A DNA stretch of 32,000 nucleotides from contig NC_010546.1 of assembly GCF_000017845.1 (NCBI RefSeq), positions 3,510,001 to 3,542,000 on the forward strand, written 5' to 3'. Below, in pieces: positions 1 through 8,319 of the stretch. Under the pieces are notes generated by a model, which saw nothing but the letters and a program-made list of their open reading frames with translations, did not search any database and was not told the DNA's origin. Position 1 is the stretch's first letter. Every line of letters begins with the position of its first letter. A program made the position numbers and the translations under genes. The DNA comes from Crocosphaera subtropica ATCC 51142 (GTDB lineage: Bacteria > Cyanobacteriota > Cyanobacteriia > Cyanobacteriales > Microcystaceae).

Positions 1-40
1 TTTTAACCATTCTTCGACGGCAGCAACTTGTTTAGCCGTA

Positions 41-499
41 ATGGCCACAACAAATTTAGTTTCCCAACCCGTTTCCACTAGCAAGATTAACTTAGATGCT
101 AGAACCCAACAGGCTATGATTGATGCTATCAATGATGAATATTATGCCCGTGCCTTGTATAATGCCATCATTGAGAAGTTTGGCCAGGTTCGTCCTTTTA
201 TTAACATTGTTCAAGCTGAAAATCGCCATGTACAGCTATGGAATAAGTTATTTAACCAATATGGCTTACCCATTCCTGAAGATGCTTATGCTGGAAAAAT
301 AGAAGCTCCTGACAGCCTCAAAACAGCCTGTCAGATGGGGGTTGAGGGAGAAATTGCCAATGTGCAAATGTACGATAAATTCCTGGAATTTGTCCAAGAA
401 AGGGATTTAAGGGCTGCCTTTACACAACTGCGTGAAGTATCTCAAAACAGACACAAAGTCGCCTTTGAACGTTGTCTATCAAGGTTTTCGGACTTCTAA
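41..499 (+). CDS. Ferritin-like domain protein (DUF2202/COG4902-like)
   Basis: 152-aa ORF with repeated helix motifs carrying E/H ligands (DEYYARALY, AENRHVQLW, EGEIANVQMY, SQNRHKVAF), as in ferritin-like four-helix bundles. Family name is from memory. Confidence 0.6.
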   Translation: MATTNLVSQPVSTSKINLDARTQQAMIDAINDEYYARALYNAIIEKFGQVRPFINIVQAENRHVQLWNKLFNQYGLPIPEDAYAGKIEAPDSLKTACQMGVEGEIANVQMYDKFLEFVQERDLRAAFTQLREVSQNRHKVAFERCLSRFSDF

Positions 500-1030
500 A
501 GCTAACCACTCCCACAACACAGTACGACATTGAAGACAAGTTAAATCTTTCAATAACTGATTAATTCCTTCGGAATGGTTGGGATAAGTTCTTCCCAACC
601 ATTGATCACGGATAATGGTATGAGGGGAAATTTCTGCCACAAAACCATATAGTTTTTGATTGGAAAAAGAGCTATTAATGGCCCAACCTATGTGATTAAG
701 AGGTGTTAATGTCAGAATATCTGAATGTAAGAGTCCTAGTTCTCGATGGAGTATTTCATAAGCATTAGCATGAAGACTTAACCCTTGAGTGACCCTTCCT
801 CCAGCAAAATCAAGGGTTACTTCTTTAACCCCAGGACGATAGGACAAATTTGGTAAAATAAGCTGATTATTTTGAATAGTAATAATAATCAAAGAATCAG
901 CTTTTTCGACTCGCCAATATTCTAAGATTTGTTGACGTTCATCTTCTAATTTTTCCCCGATGAAAGTTAGCCAAGGCGTATGAATTTCAATAAAACGTTC
1001 AAGGGTGTGCCAATGGGATTGCTCTTTCAT
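479..1030 (-). CDS. Nudix-fold protein with degenerate Nudix box (ADP-ribose pyrophosphatase-like)
   Basis: 183-aa ORF 29 nt downstream of cydB. 'LDFAGGRV...AYEILHRELGL' aligns to the Nudix box GX5EX7REUXEEXGU but lacks the EE pair. Its 3' end overlaps the convergent 41..499 ORF by 21 nt. Confidence 0.5.
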   Translation of the reverse strand: MKEQSHWHTLERFIEIHTPWLTFIGEKLEDERQQILEYWRVEKADSLIIITIQNNQLILPNLSYRPGVKEVTLDFAGGRVTQGLSLHANAYEILHRELGLLHSDILTLTPLNHIGWAINSSFSNQKLYGFVAEISPHTIIRDQWLGRTYPNHSEGINQLLKDLTCLQCRTVLWEWLALEVRKP

Positions 1031-1059
1031 GGTTCAATGATTTAGACTAAAGTATAAGT

Positions 1060-2073
1060 TTAATATCCCTCTCCTTCGTTAACAACCTTGCCCCGAAACA
1101 CCACATAATTATAGATATTATAAAACAACATGACTGGGATCAGAAAGCCGATAAAAATCAGCATAAAGACTAAAGCACTCGGAGCAGCAGCAGCTTGATA
1201 AATAGTGATTTCCGTGGGAATAATATAAGGAAAAACAATTAATCCTAACCCAATAAAACTCAATAAAAAGATAAGGATAGTCCAAATAAAAGGAGTGCTT
1301 TCTTCTCGTTGATTGAGACTTTGTAGAAGTAACCAAACTAACACCATCCCCAGAATCGGGATGGCAGCAAAAATATAAACCAAAGGCGCACTAAATAAGC
1401 GATCTCTGAGGCTTTCATAAAAAATTGGGGTGGTAATCGTAATTAAAATTGCCCCTAATAATGTGGTTATCCCTGCTAATTTAGCGGTTCGATAATGGGT
1501 GTTTTGTAGTTCTCCCTCTGTTTTCAAAATTAAGTAGGTTGAACCGATCAAGACATAACCCTGAATCAAGGTTAATGCCACCAATAGATTGCGCCAGTTT
1601 AACCAATCCCAGGTAGACCCGATAAAATGCCCCATTGCATCGACTTTGATTCCTTGAATCACCGTACCGAGAGCAAATCCTTGGCCTAAAGCGGCCAGAA
1701 AACTACCGATTCCAAAGGCAAAATTCCAAAATATCTTATTATTAGCCTGTTCTCGAAATTCAAAGGCAACTGCCCGAAAAATGAGGCCAAAAATCATGAT
1801 AAAAATGGGAATATACAGAGCATTGAGAATCGTCCCGTAAGCCAAAGGAAACGCCCCGAATAACCCGCCTCCCATCAAGACTAACCAAGTTTCGTTAGCA
1901 TCCCAGATATTCCCTAAACTGGTCATTAACAGGGTTCTTCGTTCTTCGTTAGAACTGGTGAGAGACAAGATACCGACTCCGAGATCAAAGCCATCTAACA
2001 TGACATAGAGAAATAAAAACAAAGCTAAAATGACAAACCAAACTTGGGGCAGAAAATGTAATAATGCGTCCAT
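1060..2073 (-). CDS. cydB: Cytochrome bd quinol oxidase subunit II
   Basis: 337-aa polytopic membrane protein starting 4 nt after the cydA stop. N-terminal 'FLYVMLDGFDLGVGIL' is typical of CydB. Confidence 0.9.
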   Translation of the reverse strand: MDALLHFLPQVWFVILALFLFLYVMLDGFDLGVGILSLTSSNEERRTLLMTSLGNIWDANETWLVLMGGGLFGAFPLAYGTILNALYIPIFIMIFGLIFRAVAFEFREQANNKIFWNFAFGIGSFLAALGQGFALGTVIQGIKVDAMGHFIGSTWDWLNWRNLLVALTLIQGYVLIGSTYLILKTEGELQNTHYRTAKLAGITTLLGAILITITTPIFYESLRDRLFSAPLVYIFAAIPILGMVLVWLLLQSLNQREESTPFIWTILIFLLSFIGLGLIVFPYIIPTEITIYQAAAAPSALVFMLIFIGFLIPVMLFYNIYNYVVFRGKVVNEGEGY

Positions 2074-2077
2074 TTGT

Positions 2078-3526
2078 TTATTGTTGTGCTTCTAAAGGCC
2101 GTTGATCTTTGACAAAATTGGCTTGTTCGGTTGACATAGCTACTTTATCCTCTAACCCAGGAATCGGGAGGGGTAAATCTAACTTAGGTCCTCGACGAAT
2201 AATCCGACTGCCAAAATATAAAGCTGCAATGAACAACATCGAATAAATCACAGCAAAACAGATTAAAGAAGTCAACACATTGCTTGCAGGAAGATGAGAC
2301 GCTGCATCAACGGTGCGAATCTCTCCATATAACGTCCAGGGTTGTCGTCCCACACACCGCACAATCCAGCCTGATTCTACGGCAATATAACCCAAGGGTG
2401 CGGCCAATATCCAAGTTCTTAACAGCCATTTTCGTTGGCTAATTGTTTCAGGGGAAAGATTACCCATTAGCCATTGCAGAAGACTCCACACCATCAAACC
2501 AGCTAAGAAAAAACCAATGCCACTCATCACCCGAAACGAATAGTAAATTAATCCCACCATCTTAGGCCGTTCATTCACGGGCCATTCTTTGAGTCCTTGC
2601 ACTGGTTCAGAGAGATTAGCTTTAAATTCTAAAACGTATCCCAGTCCTTGAGGAATAGTGATTTCCCATGAATTGAATTCCCGTTTTTCGTTGGGTAAGG
2701 CCAGTAAACTCCAATCCGCCGGTTGTCCGGCGGGGGAAGTCTCCCATTTCGCTTCCATGGCCGCTAACTTGGTGGGTTGATAACGATACACTTGTTCTGC
2801 ACTTAAGTGGCCGACGTAGATTTGTAGAGGGGTTACAGCAATGGCCACGGCTAACACAATTTTTAAAGAATGAGCAAAAAAGGCTTGATGTCGCTGATTA
2901 ATGATATACCAAGCACTGATTCCCCCAATGACAAATAAAGAGGTTTCTAGGGTGGCTAGAAACATATGGGAGACACTTTTGGCCATAAAGGGGTTAAGAA
3001 TGGCCTGAAAATAATCATTTACCACAAATTTTCCGTTAACCATCTCTCCCCCAGAAGGGGTTTGCATCCAAGAATTGGCTACTAAAATCCAGAAAGTGGA
3101 CAAATTAGCCCCAAAAGCAACCATAATGGTGGCCAGGTAGTGAATGGCTGGATGAACCCGTTCCCAACCAAATAACATGATGCCCAAAAAGCCGGCTTCT
3201 AGCATGAAGGCCATGGCCCCTTCAAATCCAAGAATACTACCAAAAAAGTCCCCCACTGCTTCTGAAAAAGGGGCCCAGTTGGTGCCGAATTGAAACTCCA
3301 TCGGTAAACCAGACGCTACCCCAATCCCAAAGTTAAGGACGTAGAGTTTGGTCCAAAAACGAGCATGATAGTAATAATTGGGATTTCGGGTTTTTAACCA
3401 TAACCCTTCAACCACTACTAAATAAATAGCCATCCCTGTGGTTAACACAGGCCAAAGCATATGGAAAATAGCAGTCAGGGCAAACTGCATCCGAGACAGT
3501 GTAACTGTATCTGAAAAAAGATTCAT
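2078..3526 (-). CDS. cydA: Cytochrome bd quinol oxidase subunit I
   Basis: 482 aa. N-terminal 'LSRMQFALTAIFHMLWP' and C-terminal 'GRQPW' motifs are diagnostic of CydA. Followed directly by cydB. Confidence 0.92.
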   Translation of the reverse strand: MNLFSDTVTLSRMQFALTAIFHMLWPVLTTGMAIYLVVVEGLWLKTRNPNYYYHARFWTKLYVLNFGIGVASGLPMEFQFGTNWAPFSEAVGDFFGSILGFEGAMAFMLEAGFLGIMLFGWERVHPAIHYLATIMVAFGANLSTFWILVANSWMQTPSGGEMVNGKFVVNDYFQAILNPFMAKSVSHMFLATLETSLFVIGGISAWYIINQRHQAFFAHSLKIVLAVAIAVTPLQIYVGHLSAEQVYRYQPTKLAAMEAKWETSPAGQPADWSLLALPNEKREFNSWEITIPQGLGYVLEFKANLSEPVQGLKEWPVNERPKMVGLIYYSFRVMSGIGFFLAGLMVWSLLQWLMGNLSPETISQRKWLLRTWILAAPLGYIAVESGWIVRCVGRQPWTLYGEIRTVDAASHLPASNVLTSLICFAVIYSMLFIAALYFGSRIIRRGPKLDLPLPIPGLEDKVAMSTEQANFVKDQRPLEAQQ

Positions 3527-3572
3527 TATGTGCGATCGCCTTTAAATCTACCGTTAGCCTAACAAATTTCTG

Positions 3573-5555
3573 TTAAGCTGCGGGTAAGGTTTTTTGAGGT
3601 TTAAGGGTTTCTTTGGGTTGATCAATTTCTAGTAGTAAGTTACGAATTAAACGAGCGACCATTTTTTGCATTAATCCTTCAGCAATTTTCTGACCCATTT
3701 GTTGCGTTTCGGGTTTTCCTAACAGTTTCATGACCAAAGGAACCAGACGCATGGGATCAAAACCGGGGGTATTTTGTAGAATTCTTAAGATATTTTGGAT
3801 ATGCTCTACACTTTCGCTTTGCCCTTGTAAATCTGGGGGGGTTTCTTGAACCGCTAAGCCAACTTGTTCACGAACTATACTAGACATATTAAACCAGGTT
3901 CGACGGCTATAGATATCTAACGCATTAATAATTTCTTTGACTAATCTTTCTCTAATAAATTCACCCCGTGAGGAGAAGAGAAAATCAGCAGCTTGATCCA
4001 CGACTTTATCAATGTCATAATCTTGGGAATCTTTAGCATTTCTCATCAAATTTTCTAGCCGATTCCAGCGAAAACTTCCTTCTTTAAATAATAAGTCTTT
4101 CAAAGAGGCTCGTAACTCTGGAGAGGAATCTGTTAATAATCGTTTAGCTACATAAGGATAGGCTTTACTTAAGACTTTAAAGTTAGGATCAATACCAATA
4201 GCAATCCCTTCTAACGTTACCATTGAGCGCAAAATTAAAGCATAATAGGCCGGAACTTTAAACGGAAATTCATACATCATTTCCGACATTTGATCCGTAA
4301 TACTTTTGAAGTTGAGTTCAGCAACACTTGAACCTAACGCATTACCAAATACTTCGTTTAGAGCAGGAATGATGGGGGTTAGATCCGTCTCAGGTTTCAA
4401 GAAGTCTAACTTGATATAATCGTAAGCTAACGCATCAAAATCTCGATTCACTAAATGAACAACTGCTTCGATTAAGCCGTATCTTTGATAAGGTTTAATC
4501 CGGCTCATCATGCCAAAATCCAGATAAGCTAATCGTCCATCTTTCATGGCTAATAAGTTACCTGGATGGGGATCAGCATGGAAAAATCCATGTTCTAATA
4601 ACTGCCGTAACGAACAATTAACCCCCACTTCTACTAAGTGAGTGGCTTCAATTCCTGCTGCTTGAATCGCTTGAATATTTGTCAGTTTTATCCCTTCAAC
4701 CCACTCCATCGTTAAGACTCGTCTAGCGGTGTATTCCCAGTAAATTTTAGGAACATAAATTTCAGGTAAATGACCATAAAGTTCAGCAAATTCTTCAGCA
4801 TTACGACCTTCTTGAAGATAATTAATTTCCTCAAAAATTCGTCCCGCTAATTCATCGGTAATGGCCACTAAATCTGAACGAATAAAAGAAAATGTATTTT
4901 GCGCCCAAATAGAAAGATTCCGTAAGATATAAATATCTAAAGTGATGCGTCTAATTAAGTCAGGACGCTGAACTTTAACGGCGACTTTTTCTCCTGTTTT
5001 TAATCTCCCTTTATACACCTGACCCAAAGAAGCAGCAGCAATGGGTTTTTCTGATAATTCAGCGTAAATAGCTTCGGGAGTTGCCCCTAATTCTTCTTCA
5101 ATAAAACGAAACGCAACTTCATTAGGAAAAGAGGGTAGTTTATCTTGTAATGTGGTTAATTCATCTAAATAAACCGGCGGAACTAAATCAGGCCGAGTCG
5201 ATAAAGCCTGTCCGACTTTAATATAAGTCGGTCCTAATTCTGTTAACATTTCCCGTAGATGAATCGCTCGTTTTCTTTCTTGTTTAGGATTTTTACCCCT
5301 AATTTTATCCCACCATAACCCGATGGCAAAACGGGAAAACAAGAAAAAAACATTGATTAAACGACCAATAACTTGAGGAAGACGTTGACGATAATACTCA
5401 TTGATAATATCGGGATGATATTGCCAACTCTCAGGAGATGTATCACTCATCGGACCTAAGTCTTCCATATGTCCTTTGGGAATGTGACGAGGTTCTACCG
5501 TAATCGTAATTTTATCAGCATTAACAGTGTCTGGGGAGAGGGTTGATTGAGGCAT
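3573..5555 (-). CDS. ABC1/UbiB (AarF) family atypical protein kinase
   Basis: 660 aa with 'AAASLGQVYKGRL', 'VAVKVQRP' and 'FFHADPHPGNL' motifs of the ABC1 kinase family. Confidence 0.88.
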   Translation of the reverse strand: MPQSTLSPDTVNADKITITVEPRHIPKGHMEDLGPMSDTSPESWQYHPDIINEYYRQRLPQVIGRLINVFFLFSRFAIGLWWDKIRGKNPKQERKRAIHLREMLTELGPTYIKVGQALSTRPDLVPPVYLDELTTLQDKLPSFPNEVAFRFIEEELGATPEAIYAELSEKPIAAASLGQVYKGRLKTGEKVAVKVQRPDLIRRITLDIYILRNLSIWAQNTFSFIRSDLVAITDELAGRIFEEINYLQEGRNAEEFAELYGHLPEIYVPKIYWEYTARRVLTMEWVEGIKLTNIQAIQAAGIEATHLVEVGVNCSLRQLLEHGFFHADPHPGNLLAMKDGRLAYLDFGMMSRIKPYQRYGLIEAVVHLVNRDFDALAYDYIKLDFLKPETDLTPIIPALNEVFGNALGSSVAELNFKSITDQMSEMMYEFPFKVPAYYALILRSMVTLEGIAIGIDPNFKVLSKAYPYVAKRLLTDSSPELRASLKDLLFKEGSFRWNRLENLMRNAKDSQDYDIDKVVDQAADFLFSSRGEFIRERLVKEIINALDIYSRRTWFNMSSIVREQVGLAVQETPPDLQGQSESVEHIQNILRILQNTPGFDPMRLVPLVMKLLGKPETQQMGQKIAEGLMQKMVARLIRNLLLEIDQPKETLKPQKTLPAA

Positions 5556-5739
5556 AGAAATAAAATTATAAAAATCCTTTTGTAAAATATTGTAACAAGC
5601 TCTGCTCAGATTGTAGCCAATTGTTCAAAGACTCAATCTTAAATCGAAGGTCAGGATATGTTATCATGAGGCGCAATTCATATAACTGATGTTCTCGTTT
5701 CCCTACAGTTCACAACTTAATTGAAGCTTGGTTTGAGCA

Positions 5740-6513
5740 ATGAGCAATTCTTCTTCTATCATTTTGGATGCGAAACAATTATCTAAAAGCTTTGGTGGCT
5801 TAAAGGCGGTAGACAATGCTCAAATACAAGTCAAACAAGGCAGTATTACTGGATTAATTGGACCCAATGGCGCAGGAAAGACCACCTTATTTAATCTTTT
5901 ATGCAATTTTATTCGTCCAGATCAAGGAGAAGTCATGTTTGATGGGGAACCGATCCAACATTTATCCCCCCATAAAATCGCCCTACAAGGCTGTATTCGC
6001 ACGTTTCAAGTGGCTAGAGTCTTATCTCGTCTGACTGTCTTAGACAATATGTTACTAGCGACGCAAAAACAAACCGGGGAAAATTTCTTACAACTCTGGT
6101 TAAAACGGGGACAAATTAAACAAGAGGAACGAGAAAATAAAGAAAAAGCCCTTTCTATTTTAGAATCGGTCGGGTTAATAGAAAAACGTCACGACTATGC
6201 CGGGGCGTTGTCTGGGGGACAGCGTAAACTCCTAGAAATGGCAAGAACCCTCATGACTCGTCCTAAACTTATTTTACTGGATGAACCGGCAGCCGGGGTG
6301 AATCCTACTCTGATTGGACAAATTTGTGAACATATTATTACTTGGAATAAACAACAGGGGATTTCTTTTTTAATTATTGAGCATAATATGGATGTCGTTA
6401 TGTCTTTATGTGATCATGTTTGGGTATTAGCTGAAGGAACCAATTTAGCCGATGGAACCCCGACAGAAATTCAACAAAATTCTACCGTTCTTGAAGCTTA
6501 TTTAGGAGAATAA
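5740..6513 (+). CDS. ABC transporter ATP-binding protein, LivG/NatA-like (branched-chain/neutral amino-acid type)
   Basis: 257 aa. Walker A 'GPNGAGKTT', signature 'LSGGQRKLLEMAR', Walker B 'LILLDEP', and the LivG-type C-terminal 'VLEAYLGE'. Confidence 0.85.
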   Translation: MSNSSSIILDAKQLSKSFGGLKAVDNAQIQVKQGSITGLIGPNGAGKTTLFNLLCNFIRPDQGEVMFDGEPIQHLSPHKIALQGCIRTFQVARVLSRLTVLDNMLLATQKQTGENFLQLWLKRGQIKQEERENKEKALSILESVGLIEKRHDYAGALSGGQRKLLEMARTLMTRPKLILLDEPAAGVNPTLIGQICEHIITWNKQQGISFLIIEHNMDVVMSLCDHVWVLAEGTNLADGTPTEIQQNSTVLEAYLGE

Positions 6514-6556
6514 AATTAAGAACTATAATCTAAAAACTATTATTAATTATCAAAAA

Positions 6557-7855
6557 ATGAGTAAATTAATTGATTTCAGTAAAGTGGCTTTATGGGGATT
6601 ATTAGGCTTAATCTTGAGTTTTCTAATTAGTTGTAACGGTGGTCAATCTCCCACCGCAGACCAAGAACTAGAATTTTGGACAATGCAACTACAACCCCAA
6701 TTTACTCCCTATTTTACCGAATTAATTAAACAATTTGAACAAGACCACGAAGGGATCAAAATTCGTTGGGTTGACATTCCTTGGGAAGCCATGGAAAGTA
6801 AAATTTTAACCGCCGTTTCTGCTAATACTGCCCCTGATGTGGTGAATCTTAACCCTAATTTTGCTTCTAAATTAGCCAGTCGTAACGCTTGGTTAAATTT
6901 AACCGAAAATAATTATCTTACCCCTGAAGAAAAACAAGAATATTTACCCAATATTTGGGATGCTGGAACCGTTAATAATATTAGTTTTGGTTTACCCTGG
7001 TATTTAACCACCCAAATTACCATTTACAATCAAGAATTACTCAAACAAGCAGGGATTGAAAAAGCCCCGAAAACCTTTCAAGAATTAGCAGAAATGGCTG
7101 CAACCTTAAAAGAAAAAACAGGAAAATATGCCATGTTTTTTACCTTTGTACCTGGAGATTCTGGGGAAGTTTTAGAATCCTTGGTACAAATGGGTGTTAC
7201 TTTATTTGATGAAAATGGAAAAGCTGCTTTTAATAGTCGAGAAGGGTTAGAAGCGTTCAATTATTGGGTCAATTTATATCAACAAGAATTATTACCCCCA
7301 GAAGTGTTAACCCAAGGTCATCGTCATGCGATCGACTTATATCAATCAGGAGAAATTGCCTTATTATCAACTGGTGCAGAATCGTTTCCAGTGATTATAA
7401 AAAATGCTCCTACCATTGCCGAAGTCTCTGCAGCCTCCCCTCAAATAACAGGAGAAACCGGCAAAAGAAATGTGGCAGTGATGAATTTAGTTATCCCTAA
7501 AAGTACCGATAAACCCCAAGAAGCAATTGAATTTGCCACCTTCGTTACTAATACGGAAAATCAATTGAAATTTGCCAAAGAAGCCAACGTTTTACCCTCC
7601 ACCATACAAGCCATAGAAACCTATATTAATGAGCAAGAAAACTCAACAGAAGCAACTCCATTATCACAAGCGATCGCTATTAGTGCTAAACAATTAAAAG
7701 AAGCTGAAGTTTTAGTACCACCCCAGGATAATATTAACCAATTACAAAAGATTATCTACGAAAATCTACAAGCTGCTATGTTAAACGAAAAAACCGTTGA
7801 ACAAGCCTTACAAGACGCTGCTGAGGCTTGGAATAATCTCAATAATAATGCTTAA
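6557..7855 (+). CDS. Extracellular solute-binding lipoprotein, family 1 (sugar-type ABC substrate-binding protein)
   Basis: 432 aa. Signal peptide with lipobox 'LISC'. 'ELEFWTMQ...' start and 'GLPWYLTT' are typical of family-1 SBPs. Confidence 0.8.
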   Translation: MSKLIDFSKVALWGLLGLILSFLISCNGGQSPTADQELEFWTMQLQPQFTPYFTELIKQFEQDHEGIKIRWVDIPWEAMESKILTAVSANTAPDVVNLNPNFASKLASRNAWLNLTENNYLTPEEKQEYLPNIWDAGTVNNISFGLPWYLTTQITIYNQELLKQAGIEKAPKTFQELAEMAATLKEKTGKYAMFFTFVPGDSGEVLESLVQMGVTLFDENGKAAFNSREGLEAFNYWVNLYQQELLPPEVLTQGHRHAIDLYQSGEIALLSTGAESFPVIIKNAPTIAEVSAASPQITGETGKRNVAVMNLVIPKSTDKPQEAIEFATFVTNTENQLKFAKEANVLPSTIQAIETYINEQENSTEATPLSQAIAISAKQLKEAEVLVPPQDNINQLQKIIYENLQAAMLNEKTVEQALQDAAEAWNNLNNNA

Positions 7856-7861
7856 TTCTCG

Positions 7862-8287
7862 TTAATCTTGTATATATTCTGTTCCTTGAATTAACGCTAT
7901 TTCCGCCTTCATAAATTCTCGACCCAAGTAAGCTGCATGATCTAACATTGTAATCGGACAATTTTCATTGTCTTCAATGACTTTGACACATAATTCTTTA
8001 GCACTACGTCCTGTAAAAAGGGTTTCGGCTGTGCGATTGGTTTTACCCCTTGCAGCAATGACTTCTCCCGTTTCTGGGTCAACCGCTAATCCTTTTTCAT
8101 TAATAATATTAGTGAAATGTTTAGCACAAATAAGCTCATTTTCTCGATCAAGGTAAATAATAAAATATCCCCCTGGATCAAGGTCAATGGGACGTTTTGA
8201 GAGTTGATCATCGAGTTGTTTAATGGTTTTTGCTAATTGATTCATCATCTTTTGTAAATAAAAATTCACTAGAGATAAAGTACACAA
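7862..8287 (-). CDS. Conserved small protein, DUF4346-like
   Basis: 141-aa ORF. 'LDPGGYFIIYLD' and 'LDHAAYLGREFMKAEIAL..G..YIQD' resemble DUF4346 (from memory). The true start may be the internal MMNQ near 8248. Confidence 0.45.
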   Translation of the reverse strand: MCTLSLVNFYLQKMMNQLAKTIKQLDDQLSKRPIDLDPGGYFIIYLDRENELICAKHFTNIINEKGLAVDPETGEVIAARGKTNRTAETLFTGRSAKELCVKVIEDNENCPITMLDHAAYLGREFMKAEIALIQGTEYIQD

Positions 8288-8319
8288 TCTTAGTTTTTCA
8301 AGTGTACTTATCTCTTTAA

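Noticed and set aside
120-302. 60-aa ORF in an alternative frame within the ferritin-like gene
   Set aside because: It is embedded in the better-supported 41..499 frame. Its Met/Leu-rich composition is an AT-rich frame artefact.
1118-1336. 72-aa minus-strand ORF inside cydB
   Set aside because: Alternative frame of a confidently called membrane protein gene, with no independent support.
2073-2078. Search for a cydX-like small subunit gene after or between cydA and cydB
   Set aside because: Only 4 nt separate cydA and cydB. The 29 nt after cydB run straight into the Nudix-like gene, so no small hydrophobic ORF is present.
5583-5597. NtcA-like palindrome 'GTAaaatattgTAA' upstream of the LivG/NatA-like ATPase gene
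   Set aside because: The right half-site is TAA, not TAC, and no TAN3T -10 box sits ~22 nt downstream. In AT-rich DNA such near-matches are expected by chance.
7078-7500. Two short ORFs (7078..7260 minus, 7264..7500 plus) inside the SBP gene
   Set aside because: Both are shadow or alternative-frame ORFs within a well-supported CDS.
7968-8156. 62-aa plus-strand ORF opposite the DUF4346-like gene
   Set aside because: It is antisense to an ORF that carries a recognisable conserved C-terminal motif, and it has no features of its own.
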